DNA of 59,301 bases from Candidatus Buchananbacteria bacterium (GTDB lineage Bacteria > Patescibacteriota > Patescibacteriia > 2-01-FULL-39-33). Below, piece after piece: positions 37,407 through 47,144 of the stretch. The notes under the pieces are model-generated. The model was not told the DNA's origin and did no database searches. It worked only from the letters and a program-made list of their open reading frames with translations. The stretch covers positions 1 to 59,301 of the forward strand of contig JBAYJM010000004.1 of NCBI GenBank assembly GCA_041665065.1, written 5' to 3'. The translations under genes were made by a program, and so were the position numbers. Each line of letters opens with the position of its first letter. Positions within the stretch are counted from its first letter, which is position 1.

Positions 37407-38399
37407 TTATTGGTATCCTTTATTGTCTAGGAAACTTTGCCAGTCAGGATCTCTTACAGGACAGAAGCAGTCGAGCTGACTGAACATTCTTTGTGAGAAG
37501 TCATGTTGCAACTCGATTGCTTGTCTAAAGCTGATGTCGCGGATGTTGGCAATGTCTGCTTCATATCCGCCGTGAGCATCAAGCAGTAATTCGCCGTCTG
37601 CTCCGATGTTGAGTCCGTACTTGCAGGTCCCGCACACCCTGCGTCCATCAGGTTCGTCGTAGAAGATGATCGATTCATCCCCACGGCTGTTTATTCCTTC
37701 AAGCCTGGTTTCTTCTGATAGCCACAGTTCCGGTCTTTGGGTTGCGTGGCCGGTACGTGCAAGGGGAGCAATACTAAATAACAGCCCATTTTTGTCGCAG
37801 AATTCACGAATTCGCGGAACTTCGTGAACGTTGTTTGCTTGAAGTGTGAAGTGGATGGCCGCTCTTTTTATTGTTTGGCCATTTTCTCTCCACTCCGTTC
37901 CTGAGAAGTGTTTGGCGGCAAGGTCTATTGCCCTCATTTTCCTTTTAAAACTGTGGGGTACGCCGCTATCACACTCATAAGTCTCCTGCACTAATGAATG
38001 TAGGCTAAGCACAAGGGCAACTCTCAATCCGACTAGCTCCTTGATTATGGTCTCTGTTAGGCGGTGGCCGTTTGTGATTAGCGTTGTCCAGATGCCCATT
38101 TGTGAAGCGATTTGGATAATGGGGATGGTCAACTCGCTCATAAGTGGTTCGCCTTCGCCGGAAATCTCAAGAGCTAGCCCCTCAAATTGCTGAAACTCTT
38201 CAATGAGGCGGATATAGTCAGGCATAGCGAGCAGATTCTGGAGTCCAGACTTCCGTTCCAGATAGCGAAAACAGCCTTCGCAATTTGCATCGCACTTGCT
38301 GTCTTGGTTTAGGGACATATAGGTTATGGGCCGTGTATGAAGCTCATAACCCCTTACCTCTGCCCAAAATCTCGGGCAAGAGACTAGGATGGGTTTCAT
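37407..38399 (-). CDS. Radical SAM enzyme with extra C-terminal Cys motifs (G+C-rich gene)
   Basis: 'CDANCEGC' (CX3CX2C), 'SGEGEPL', C-terminal 'CGTC' and 'CFCP' (twitch/SPASM-like remnant?). 'GGGAAAGGA' SD. Confidence 0.75.
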   Translation of the reverse strand: MKPILVSCPRFWAEVRGYELHTRPITYMSLNQDSKCDANCEGCFRYLERKSGLQNLLAMPDYIRLIEEFQQFEGLALEISGEGEPLMSELTIPIIQIASQMGIWTTLITNGHRLTETIIKELVGLRVALVLSLHSLVQETYECDSGVPHSFKRKMRAIDLAAKHFSGTEWRENGQTIKRAAIHFTLQANNVHEVPRIREFCDKNGLLFSIAPLARTGHATQRPELWLSEETRLEGINSRGDESIIFYDEPDGRRVCGTCKYGLNIGADGELLLDAHGGYEADIANIRDISFRQAIELQHDFSQRMFSQLDCFCPVRDPDWQSFLDNKGYQ

Positions 38400-38635
38400 A
38401 CTGTTTTTCCTTTCCCTGCTTCTAAGATATCACGGAAATATCCGAGCAGTGTGTCGTTAGCCACAATGTTTTATAATGTTCAGATTACAGCTTATTTCAA
38501 AATAGCCATAAATACAATAAGTTTTATAAAATGTCAATTATCTTAACTGTATTCGGTTGATTACATGCTCATTATTGTTGACTTTATTTATCAAATTGTT
38601 ACTATTAATGTAGATGTCAAAAATATCGTCTAGTT

Positions 38636-39376
38636 ATGAAAAATTTAGATATTAATAAAACTCTAAGTAATTACGGCTTTAGCGATAAAGAGATCAAAGT
38701 TTATTTGTCATTATTGGCTTTAGGTAAAGGAACAGTTAAAGAGATTGCCAAAGAGAGTAAGGTCAAAAGGACTTCAATTTATCCGATTGCCGATAAACTG
38801 GTTGAGAAAGGAATACTTGGCCAATATAGCGCTAAATATGGAACTCACTATTTTGCCTCCAGTCCGGAAACATTAATATCTCGATTAGACAAAATCAAGG
38901 ACGATTTGAATTTGGTTTTGCCACAACTCCAGGCCATTGAAAATAAAGACGAGGGCGAGCCGGTAGTCAAGTTCTTTAAGGGAAGGGAGGGCTATTTGGA
39001 TTTGCTAAATGATACATTAATTGATTATAGTCATGACATAATGTATATTGGTTCAATGAAAGATTTAAGCGAGGTGGTGTCCGGGAAATATATAGAAAAA
39101 TATATTAAAAAAAGAATGGAAAGGAAAATTAAATTCTGGCAAATTGTTTTCCTTGACGAATTTTCAAAAGCGCAGAAAAAAAGTGACTTACAAGAGCTAA
39201 GGCTGACTAAATTTTTTCCTGACAATTACAAGTTCGTCGGAAATAAAGTCATATATAAAAATAAAGTTGCATTTTTTTCTTCAAAAAAAGAGATGATTTG
39301 CTTGGTCGTTGAAAGCAAAGATTTGGTAGACATGGAACGGTCTAATTTTAAATTGCTTTGGGAAAAACTTAACTAA
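38636..39376 (+). CDS. TrmB-family transcriptional regulator
   Basis: N-terminal winged HTH 'LGKGTVKEIAKESKVKRTSIYPIADKLVEKGIL'. Length and C-terminal domain are typical of TrmB-like proteins. AT-rich (native) composition. Confidence 0.7.
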   Translation: MKNLDINKTLSNYGFSDKEIKVYLSLLALGKGTVKEIAKESKVKRTSIYPIADKLVEKGILGQYSAKYGTHYFASSPETLISRLDKIKDDLNLVLPQLQAIENKDEGEPVVKFFKGREGYLDLLNDTLIDYSHDIMYIGSMKDLSEVVSGKYIEKYIKKRMERKIKFWQIVFLDEFSKAQKKSDLQELRLTKFFPDNYKFVGNKVIYKNKVAFFSSKKEMICLVVESKDLVDMERSNFKLLWEKLN

Positions 39377-39431
39377 ATTTATTTCGTTTTTTTTGACTAA
39401 GGTAAATAATATTTGATAAACTGCAAATTAT

Positions 39432-39665
39432 ATGGATTACGAACAAAAAATTGGCAAAAGACTCGTCTCAGTTTTATCTGACTCCGAATTATATCCTTAT
39501 TGTCTTGAGGCTTATACCTCCGCTCTTGCCGGCATGGGGCTTTCGGATTCAGAAAGCCATGCGAAGAAGGTTTTAACTTTTTTAAATAACAAAAAGCCCC
39601 TTCGTGAACGAGAAAAAGAGGCTTGGGATTATTTTGGGACTCTCTGTGAATGGCAAATCTTTTGA
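39432..39665 (+). CDS. Hypothetical 77-aa protein
   Basis: ATG ORF only. No SD and no recognisable family. Confidence 0.3.
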   Translation: MDYEQKIGKRLVSVLSDSELYPYCLEAYTSALAGMGLSDSESHAKKVLTFLNNKKPLREREKEAWDYFGTLCEWQIF

Positions 39666-39705
39666 GGCGCATGTCGCTGGTTTAGTTGCTGAGCGGAGAA
39701 AAATA

Positions 39706-40251
39706 ATGTTTGAGCAGATTAGTTCTTATATGCTGCCAACAGGGAAAACTGCCGATTATGGTGCCGGCAATGGAGAATTTATGCGTCTTGTTGCCTCTAA
39801 ATTTCCCGAGTTAGAAATGGAAGGCTGGGATATTGTAACTGATGATCCTGATGGCCAGGTTCAGTCGTATGATGGGAAGCATATCCCTCGTGAAGATGGA
39901 TATTATTCGCAGATTTATGCTACAACTGTTTTGCATCACGTTGAAGATCCAAAGTCCGGCGCAAAAGAAATTGTTCGTTTGAGTAGTAAGAGAATTATTC
40001 TTATTGAAACCATTGCTGGCGACCGCACTGGAGATAGAACTAAAGATTGGAATATAACATTTGTGGCGGACTATTTTTGGCGTCTCGCTCACAAAAGTTC
40101 TGAACCAGTTCCCGGTTCTTATTTGACTGTTTTAGAATGGATTGAGTTGTTTGTAAAAGAATTGGGTTGCCAGTTGTTTACATTTGCTGATTTTGGAAAT
40201 GATCAAAAAACTATGACAGAGAAACACGTTCTATTAGTGTTTGAGAAATAA
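39706..40251 (+). CDS. Class I SAM-dependent methyltransferase (G+C-rich gene)
   Basis: Motif I 'DYGAGNGEF', 'TTVLHHV'. The ORF-track start GTG 39604 overlaps the 77-aa ORF, so ATG 39706 is preferred. The start remains uncertain. Confidence 0.6.
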   Translation: MFEQISSYMLPTGKTADYGAGNGEFMRLVASKFPELEMEGWDIVTDDPDGQVQSYDGKHIPREDGYYSQIYATTVLHHVEDPKSGAKEIVRLSSKRIILIETIAGDRTGDRTKDWNITFVADYFWRLAHKSSEPVPGSYLTVLEWIELFVKELGCQLFTFADFGNDQKTMTEKHVLLVFEK

Positions 40252-40334
40252 AAATTAAAAGATTGTTTTAGACAATATAAAATCCCGCATTTCCGTCATC
40301 CGCCAACTGGCGGATACGGAGCGGGATTTTTTAA

Positions 40335-40407
40335 TGGGTCGTACAGGATTTGAACCTGTGACCGTTTGCTTAAGAGGCAACTGCTCTACCAGCTGAGCTA
40401 ACGACCC
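40335..40407 (-). tRNA. tRNA-Lys (anticodon CTT)
   Basis: Reverse complement: GGGTCGT...ACGACCC-A, anticodon loop CTCTTAA, T arm ACAGG-TTCAAAT-CCTGT. Confidence 0.85.
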
Positions 40408-40421
40408 ATATTTACGAATTA

Positions 40422-40495
40422 TGCACCCGGCAGGATTCGAACCTGCAACCCCTTGGTCCGAAGCCAAGTACTCTATCCAGTTGAGCTACGGGTGC
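40422..40495 (-). tRNA. tRNA-Arg (anticodon TCG)
   Basis: Reverse complement: GCACCCG...CGGGTGC-A, anticodon stem CTTGG/CCAAG, loop CTTCGGA. Confidence 0.85.
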
Positions 40496-40579
40496 TCAAC
40501 GCTCTAAATTATCCTAATTAATTTATCATAAAATAGTAAAAAAATCAACCCCAAAATGGGGCTGATTTATATTTGAAAA

Positions 40580-41614
40580 TTAGTAGGACCGTTGAACGGT
40601 TATGTTTTGATCAAGCAATTCTTTGGAGATTACTCCTTCTTTGTATAGTTTTATCAATGCATTGTCCATGCTGATCATGCCGTCTCTGGCGCTGGTTTGA
40701 ATGGCGGTTTTTATTTGAGAGATTTTATTTTCTCTTATTAGATTGGCAATGGCTGGATTGTTAATTAAAATTTCTCTGGCCGCTACTCTTCCGCCGCTTT
40801 CTTGTGGCAATAATTTTTGTGCGATAATTCCTTTGAGTGTAATCGAAATTTGCATTCTGACTTGGTTTTGTTGATACGGCGGGAAGATGTCAATTATACG
40901 ATCAATGGTCTGCGAGGCGCTGTAGGTGTGAAGAGTGGCAAATACCAAGTGACCCGTTTCTGCCAGGGTAATGGTTGTGGCGATGGTGTCTAGATCGCGC
41001 ATTTCTCCAACCATGATAACATTGGGGTCTTGCCTAAGTACGTGGACCAAGCCGTTTTGAAATGATAACATGTCCGATCCCAACTGCCTTTGTTTTATGA
41101 TGCTTTTGTCTGCTTTAAATAAAAATTCAATCGGATCTTCAAGTGTGATGATGTTTAGCTTTCTTTTGTGATTTATATAGTCAATCATTGCTGCTAAAGA
41201 TGTTGATTTACCGCAGCCGGTCGGGCCGGTTACAAGAATCAATCCGCCGTCCATATTACATAAGTCAAAAACAACATCTGGCATGCCGATATCCTCCATA
41301 GCCGGAATTTCCGTGGGGATGGTTCTGGCTGATAATCCCATGTTTCCGCGTTCAAAATGCAGATTTATTCTGAATCTGGCGCCATTTTTTGCCTCATAGG
41401 CAAAGTCTAATTCTTTTTCAATTGTGAACTTTTTTAACTTTGGTTCGTCGATTAATTTTGTGATAAGAGATTTGATTTCCTCGGCGGTGACTATTTTTTT
41501 GTCAGCCTCAGAAAGTTGGCCATCAATTCTAAAAAATGGCGGTAGACCGGCGGCTAAATGCAAATCCGAAGCGCCTAGCTCGACGGATTTAGGAAAGAGG
41601 CTTTCTAACTCCAT
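40580..41614 (-). CDS. pilT: Type IV pilus retraction ATPase PilT
   Basis: Walker A 'GPTGCGKST', 'VGEMRD', 'GHLVFATLHT'. Confidence 0.9.
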   Translation of the reverse strand: MELESLFPKSVELGASDLHLAAGLPPFFRIDGQLSEADKKIVTAEEIKSLITKLIDEPKLKKFTIEKELDFAYEAKNGARFRINLHFERGNMGLSARTIPTEIPAMEDIGMPDVVFDLCNMDGGLILVTGPTGCGKSTSLAAMIDYINHKRKLNIITLEDPIEFLFKADKSIIKQRQLGSDMLSFQNGLVHVLRQDPNVIMVGEMRDLDTIATTITLAETGHLVFATLHTYSASQTIDRIIDIFPPYQQNQVRMQISITLKGIIAQKLLPQESGGRVAAREILINNPAIANLIRENKISQIKTAIQTSARDGMISMDNALIKLYKEGVISKELLDQNITVQRSY

Positions 41615-41710
41615 AAAATAATGGTTAAAGATATATATAAAGTATATATGATTTTTAACATTGAGTAAATAAAAAATCCGCCAAAGCGGTTTTTTATTCT
41701 GAAAATAATT

Positions 41711-42412
41711 TTATTGGAGGTTCCACTTTTTTTTCATCAGAGCGCGTTTCGCGGCATCTGTTTGAGCTTCTTGCTTGCTTGTGCCAGTGCCGGACTCAAT
41801 TAGTTCGCTACCAAGATAGACACCGACTTTGAAAACCTTTGCATGATCGGGGCCAACTGAGCTCAATACTCGATATGTCGGAGTCAAGCCTAACTTCTCT
41901 TGGGCTTTTTCCTGGAAAAGGCTTTTGGCGTCAATATATAGTTTTTTTTCTATAATCTCTTCCAGATGGAGGAGAATAAATTTCATGATAAATTTTCTAA
42001 CGCTATCGATTCCATGATCTAAATATAATGCTCCTATGATTGCTTCCATGGCGTTTGCTAAAATATATTGCCTGGCCTTAGAATTTTTATCTTGAGATTC
42101 ACCCTTGCTTAGAAGCAAATGCTCGTCAATTTCTAGATCTTTGGCTATTGTAGCTAGAGTGACGCCGTTTACTAGGCTGGCCCGCCAATTAGTAAGTTCG
42201 CCCTCAGGATTAGGATAAGTATTATAAAGGTATTCGGTCACAACAAGTTCCAAAACCGCATCACCCAAGAATTCCAATCTTTCATTGTGCTCGGCTTTGA
42301 ATTCAGGGTGTTCATTCAAATAAGATCGATGGGTTACAGACTTTAATAATAAGTCCTTATTTTTAAACTTAACGCCGATTTTTTTTTCTAATTTATTTAG
42401 ATCCTTCGTCAT
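41711..42412 (-). CDS. rnc: Ribonuclease III
   Basis: '[11 protein letters not shown]' signature and a C-terminal dsRBD. Overlaps the nusB 3' end by 20 nt. Confidence 0.9.
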   Translation of the reverse strand: MTKDLNKLEKKIGVKFKNKDLLLKSVTHRSYLNEHPEFKAEHNERLEFLGDAVLELVVTEYLYNTYPNPEGELTNWRASLVNGVTLATIAKDLEIDEHLLLSKGESQDKNSKARQYILANAMEAIIGALYLDHGIDSVRKFIMKFILLHLEEIIEKKLYIDAKSLFQEKAQEKLGLTPTYRVLSSVGPDHAKVFKVGVYLGSELIESGTGTSKQEAQTDAAKRALMKKKWNLQ

Positions 42413-42857
42413 CTTTTTTTTGGGCTATTTGGCGATCTATTTCCTTTTCGCCAACTTCCTTATAGATTGCGCCTAAAACGCCGTTAACAAATTTACCTGA
42501 TGATTCGCCACCAAAGGTCTTGGCCAGTTCAATAGCTTCATTTATGGCCACTTTGGCTGGAATATTTTCATCAAATTTTAATTCAAACGTTCCTAGTCTT
42601 AAAACATTTCGATCAACAATCGTAATATGATCCAATGGCCATTCAGGCGCAAATTTTGTAATCAACCCGTCTATTTCTATTAGATTTTCCTCGACGCCTT
42701 TCAAAAGGTGAGAAATGAAGCCGCCGTCATCAAATTCAGGGGCAAATTCATTTTTATTATTTGCAAACATTTCTAAAATATCGCCCTGTTTATCATTAAA
42801 ATCCCATTGATAAAGGGTTTGAATCGCGATTGTTCTCGCTAAATGCCTATTGGACAT
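42393..42857 (-). CDS. nusB: Transcription antitermination factor NusB
   Basis: '[14 protein letters not shown]', '[12 protein letters not shown]', '[10 protein letters not shown]'. Confidence 0.85.
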   Translation of the reverse strand: MSNRHLARTIAIQTLYQWDFNDKQGDILEMFANNKNEFAPEFDDGGFISHLLKGVEENLIEIDGLITKFAPEWPLDHITIVDRNVLRLGTFELKFDENIPAKVAINEAIELAKTFGGESSGKFVNGVLGAIYKEVGEKEIDRQIAQKKDDEGSK

Positions 42858-42869
42858 ATTTTAAAGAAT

Positions 42870-43121
42870 TTAACTTTTTGCTAACTCTTTTTCTTTAGCC
42901 TTTTCTCTTCTTGCCTGGTCTTTCTGTTTTGTGGTTTTGGCTTTAAGCTTAATTGCTATGATCTGTTTTCCTTTGTAAGTTCCACAGTATCCGCAAGCTT
43001 TATGGGGTAAAACCGGTTTGGCGCACTTTGGGCAAGTGCCTAAAGCGGTCGGTTTCAGCGCAAAGTGCGATGCCCTCTCTCTTTTTGATCTCTTGGTTCT
43101 TCTTTTGCTAGGTAAACCCAT
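42870..43121 (-). CDS. rpmF: 50S ribosomal protein L32 (with Lys-rich C-terminal extension)
   Basis: 'LPSKRRTKRSKRERASH' and zinc ribbon 'CPKC...CGYC'. Confidence 0.85.
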   Translation of the reverse strand: MGLPSKRRTKRSKRERASHFALKPTALGTCPKCAKPVLPHKACGYCGTYKGKQIIAIKLKAKTTKQKDQARREKAKEKELAKS

Positions 43122-43207
43122 ATAAGGTAAATTAAATTATTATTTTTACAACATTAAAATCGTAACATATTTTGCCCAAAAAAGCAAGTCTAAATATAAT
43201 CTTTTGA

Positions 43208-44251
43208 CTAATCTGAGTTAAGCTGTCCCAAGAAACTTTTGAGCGTTATTGGTAGTGGACTGTTGTATTCAAGTCGTTCTCCCTTGGGTGTTAGAAATGA
43301 TAGATAGCTTGCGTGCAAAAAAATTCGATCCAAATTCATTGCTTTCTTAGAGGCATGTCTTTTTATATATAGTGGGTCTCCAACGATGGGATATCCATAA
43401 GCTAGTAAGTGAACCCTAATTTGGTGAGTTCTGCCGGTAAAAATTTGCACTTCAAGTAGGGTATAATTTTTAAATTTTTTAATGATATTAAATTTTGTGT
43501 GAGCTTCTTTGTCAGAAGTCTCTTGGCCATGGGGGCGGGCCACGAAAAGCCCCAGTGCATTTTTGGAGCGGCCAATAGGAAAGGTGATTTCGTCTTCGTC
43601 TCTTTTTATTTCTCCATAAACTAGTGCTGTGTATTTTTTAGTAACCTCTCGCAGTTTGAATTGATTTTTATAAAATTCAAAGGCATCTTGAGTTTTTGGA
43701 ATAAGCATTAACCCCGAAACGTCTTTGTCCAAGCGATGGATGATCGCCGGCCTTAGAGGATCTTCGCCAACCTTCTTGATTTTTGGATATTTCTTTATCA
43801 GCCAATCAACCAAAGTATTGGTTTCATTTTTTTCTGTGGAATGGACAAGGAGGCCGGTTGGTTTGTTTATAATGACGAATTCCTCATTATCTTCAATAAT
43901 TTCAATTTTTTTAAAAATGTCTTTAGAGGTTCTTGATTTGTGAACCGGAGATTTTTTTTCTATCTTTTCTGCATCTGCCTTCGGTTTTTGCGGACTGGAT
44001 AATTCAGGGTTTAAAATATTAATAATATCGCCTTTTTTTAAAAATTGATGGACGGTTGTAATTTTGTTGTTAACCAGAATTAAGCCATCTTTAATGGCTT
44101 TTTGGATTTTGGTACGTGAAAAATTTGGCAATTTTTCTGTCAGAAAACGATCAAGCCTGGTGCTGGATTTGTCTTTCTCGGCATCTTGACTGGTGAATGA
44201 AATTGTGGTATTATTATTTGTCATAGTGTTCTGGTTAGTTTTTGGCCGCAC
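43208..44251 (-). CDS. RluA-family pseudouridine synthase (RluD-like, S4 domain)
   Basis: S4-like 'RLDRFLTEKL' and the catalytic 'HRLDKDVSGL' motif. An alternative start is ATG 44224. Confidence 0.85.
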   Translation of the reverse strand: MRPKTNQNTMTNNNTTISFTSQDAEKDKSSTRLDRFLTEKLPNFSRTKIQKAIKDGLILVNNKITTVHQFLKKGDIINILNPELSSPQKPKADAEKIEKKSPVHKSRTSKDIFKKIEIIEDNEEFVIINKPTGLLVHSTEKNETNTLVDWLIKKYPKIKKVGEDPLRPAIIHRLDKDVSGLMLIPKTQDAFEFYKNQFKLREVTKKYTALVYGEIKRDEDEITFPIGRSKNALGLFVARPHGQETSDKEAHTKFNIIKKFKNYTLLEVQIFTGRTHQIRVHLLAYGYPIVGDPLYIKRHASKKAMNLDRIFLHASYLSFLTPKGERLEYNSPLPITLKSFLGQLNSD

Positions 44252-44269
44252 ATTAAAGGTTGAGGGGAG

Positions 44270-44578
44270 GTGAATAAGTTGGAGTTTGTTGTTTTAACAA
44301 ATGGAAGAAAGCTTCGGGTTGGGTGCCATTACACCCTTCCGAAGGAGGGGCATCGTGTTTCTCGGGTGATAAAGGTGTGCAAAGAAGGAGATGGCTTCTA
44401 CTTCGAACACTTTGATCCGATTTATGGCGGTATCGAGCGTCGATACTTGTATAAGGAGGACAATACTCCGAACGAAGGCCTTTTTGCCATCAAATCCGAG
44501 GAGATTGGGAGATTTATCCCCGTGGCAAAGGTTGAGGGGCTCAAGGATTTGTTCAGGGAGCGGCTGGACAAATACTAG
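44270..44578 (+). CDS. Small G+C-rich hypothetical protein (102 aa, GTG start)
   Basis: 'AAAGGTTGAGGGGAG' SD region. Terminator hairpin plus T7 at ~44598-44637. No family recognised. Confidence 0.4.
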   Translation: MNKLEFVVLTNGRKLRVGCHYTLPKEGHRVSRVIKVCKEGDGFYFEHFDPIYGGIERRYLYKEDNTPNEGLFAIKSEEIGRFIPVAKVEGLKDLFRERLDKY

Positions 44579-44636
44579 GTCTTTCTCTCGTTATCCAATC
44601 CGTGGTCCTGCAGCGTACTTGCAGGCCGCGGTTTTT

Positions 44637-46127
44637 TTATTCCTCATGAATCATCCTTTTTTGTTCTTCCTCATAAAACTTCACATCCGGATGCAGTTTT
44701 TTTAATTCCTCATCGGTTAATTTATTAAGTTCAATCGTTCTTTTATTTAAATATTCTTTCTCATTTTTTTTAGGATCTTCTAGTACTTCTCCAAGAAGAG
44801 CATTTAAGATCATTCCCACTCTTGGTCCCGGCTTAATTTCAAGTAATTCCATTAATTCTGTGCCATTCATCTTTAACATCTTTGGGGTTATTGGCTCTAA
44901 CTGAACTTCCTTAAATCTTCTCTCCAGTTGGATTAATTTCCAGGGCTTAGCTTTTGGCCTACCCATGCCCAGTCTGTCACAAATTCTAACATTTATAAAA
45001 TCATCAATATTTTCAGGACCGAGGCGATGCAATAATCTTCTTACGCCTGCATCAGAAACAGTATCAAGCGCGTAATAAAACATATGATATCTTACCAGGT
45101 GATAAACGCTATTAATTATTTCATTTGAAAAATTTAAGCGTCTTAAAATTGTTTTAACAAGCTTTGCGCCAACTAGATCATGATTATAAAAAGTTGAATC
45201 CGGACCGTCGCCTTCTTTGGTAACCGGTTTGCCGATGTCATGGAAAAGTGCAGCCAACCTTATTTCTAATTTAAAATTCTTTTCTGCCGCTACGCCAAGC
45301 GCTCTTACGCTGTGTTCAAAAATATCGTAAATATGGGCTTTATTCTGCTCCATTCCTACGCCTCTTTCCAATTCGGGAATTAAAATTTTTAGCAATCCAA
45401 TCTTTTGCATTAGTCGAATTCCATCTTCAGCTTTATTAGACATTATAATTTTTGTGAATTCATCACAAATCCTTTCACTTGAGATCTGGCTAATTTTGTC
45501 GGCTTTTAATTTTATGGTCTCAAGAGTATCTTTTTCAATTTCAAAATTTAGTTGGCAGAAAAATCTGATAGCCCTAAGCATTCTGCTGTAATCTTCCTGG
45601 AATCTTTGTTCCGGCTCGCCGATTGCTTTGATGATTCTTTTATCTAAATCTTTAAGTCCGTTGAATTCGTCAATTATTTTCTGATTTTTTAAATCCCAGG
45701 CCAAAGCATTGATTGTAAAATCACGCCTAGCTAAATCTTCTGTAATCGGCAGGTCTTTATTGCTTTGGATTTCAAAATCTTTGTAACCGCCAGACATGCC
45801 GGCATGTTCAGTGCGGGGAAGTGCAATATCAAAAGCTTCAATTTTAAAATCCTTAGGAACAAATTTATATACGCCAAAACTTTTTCCAACCAAATTAACT
45901 TCACCTAATGTTGCAAGAAACTTTTCCAATTCTTTGGCGTCAACTTTGGCAATTACAAAATCAAAGTCCTTAGTTTCTTTTTCTAAAATTAAGTCTCTGA
46001 CTGCACCGCCGACAAGGTAAATTTCAGCTTTGGCAAATCTGACAATTATCTTTTGGACAAAACCAAATTCCGGCTTTTCCATAGTCGTTTTTTGCCAATT
46101 GATCAATTTTTTTTCTATCTCTTTCAT
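44637..46127 (-). CDS. cca: CCA-adding enzyme / tRNA nucleotidyltransferase with HD domain
   Basis: 'GGAVRD', 'RDFTINA', HD 'LFHDIGK'. The start was moved from 46190 to ATG 46127. Consistent with the tRNA genes lacking an encoded CCA. Confidence 0.85.
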   Translation of the reverse strand: MKEIEKKLINWQKTTMEKPEFGFVQKIIVRFAKAEIYLVGGAVRDLILEKETKDFDFVIAKVDAKELEKFLATLGEVNLVGKSFGVYKFVPKDFKIEAFDIALPRTEHAGMSGGYKDFEIQSNKDLPITEDLARRDFTINALAWDLKNQKIIDEFNGLKDLDKRIIKAIGEPEQRFQEDYSRMLRAIRFFCQLNFEIEKDTLETIKLKADKISQISSERICDEFTKIIMSNKAEDGIRLMQKIGLLKILIPELERGVGMEQNKAHIYDIFEHSVRALGVAAEKNFKLEIRLAALFHDIGKPVTKEGDGPDSTFYNHDLVGAKLVKTILRRLNFSNEIINSVYHLVRYHMFYYALDTVSDAGVRRLLHRLGPENIDDFINVRICDRLGMGRPKAKPWKLIQLERRFKEVQLEPITPKMLKMNGTELMELLEIKPGPRVGMILNALLGEVLEDPKKNEKEYLNKRTIELNKLTDEELKKLHPDVKFYEEEQKRMIHEE

Positions 46128-46259
46128 TCTTTTATTATAACCTATCAGGGGCTTAATTCCTATTGTATTTTGGATAAAACAATTATACAATGAAGTCAGA
46201 TTTTACCTTATTTTTAGCAAAAAGTCAATAATAGTATCATTTAATAATTATTCTAAATT

Positions 46260-46712
46260 ATGACAATTACAATCTGTTCAAGCGTAAATTTTTCACCAAA
46301 AATTATTGAAATTAAGAAGGAATTAGAAGACTTGGGTCATCAAGTTAATATTCCATATATTACTCAAAAAATAATGGACGGTGAAATATCTTTTGAAGAA
46401 TATATTAAGACTAAAGAAGAAAATGGGGGAGATATTTTACTCAGAAAACCGCATGCGGTTGATATGATAAAAAGATATTTTGATCTGATAAAAAATTCTG
46501 ATGCTGTTTTGGTTTTAAATATGGAAAGAGAAGGCGTTGGAAATTATATTGGCGGAAGCGTTTTGATGGAAATGGGTTTCGCTTATGGTTTTGAAAAGAA
46601 AATTTATTTATATAATCCTATTACTTTAAAAAGCGATAGAATGCATTATCTTGATGAGATTTTAGACACGAACCCCATTGTTATTGAAGGTGATTTGTCA
46701 AAAATTAAATAA
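46260..46712 (+). CDS. Nucleoside 2-deoxyribosyltransferase-like protein (weak call)
   Basis: Flavodoxin-like pattern 'ITICSS...' and 'YIGGSVLMEMGFAYGFEKKIYL', reminiscent of the NDT/Rcl 'E.G.A' core. Confidence 0.35.
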   Translation: MTITICSSVNFSPKIIEIKKELEDLGHQVNIPYITQKIMDGEISFEEYIKTKEENGGDILLRKPHAVDMIKRYFDLIKNSDAVLVLNMEREGVGNYIGGSVLMEMGFAYGFEKKIYLYNPITLKSDRMHYLDEILDTNPIVIEGDLSKIK

Positions 46713-46713
46713 T

Positions 46714-47079
46714 ATGAAAATATACATCGGCCATTCAACTGGTTTTGATTATATAAATGAGCTTTATAGGCCAATTAGAAATTCTACTTTAAATAATGAG
46801 CATCAGATAGTCCTGCCGCACGAAGAAAGTAAGGGATTGTTTAATTCAAAAGATTTTCTAAAAGAATGCGATCTAATGATTGCCGAAGTGTCTTATCCGT
46901 CAATTGGACTGGGAATAGAAATTGGCTGGGCTGATGCAAATAAATGCCCTGTAATTTGTATTTATAAAAAAGGACAAAAAATTACTGGCGCACTTAAAGC
47001 TGTAACTGATAAATTTATTGAATATGGAAGTGAAGAGGAGATGATTGTGTTGTTGGATAAAGTTATAAAGGAAATTTAA
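46714..47079 (+). CDS. Nucleoside 2-deoxyribosyltransferase/Rcl-like protein
   Basis: 'AEVSYPSIGLGIEIGWADANKCPVICIY' fits the NDT-family motif. The start was moved from 46678 to ATG 46714, 1 nt after the upstream stop. Confidence 0.45.
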   Translation: MKIYIGHSTGFDYINELYRPIRNSTLNNEHQIVLPHEESKGLFNSKDFLKECDLMIAEVSYPSIGLGIEIGWADANKCPVICIYKKGQKITGALKAVTDKFIEYGSEEEMIVLLDKVIKEI

Positions 47080-47144
47080 ATTTTATTAAAATAAAAAGGC
47101 GCAGGATATCTCTTCCCACACCATACACTGCGGTCCAAATATGC

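Noticed and set aside
38396-38464. 22-codon GTG ORF overlapping the radical SAM start (ATGA) as a possible precursor peptide
   Set aside because: It is very short, has a non-ATG start, has no Cys, Ser or Thr-rich core, and contains the SD of the downstream gene. It is mentioned in the locus finding but not called as a feature.
40255-40467. 70-aa ORF on the minus strand
   Set aside because: It is almost entirely composed of tRNA-Lys and tRNA-Arg gene sequence, so it is not a protein gene.
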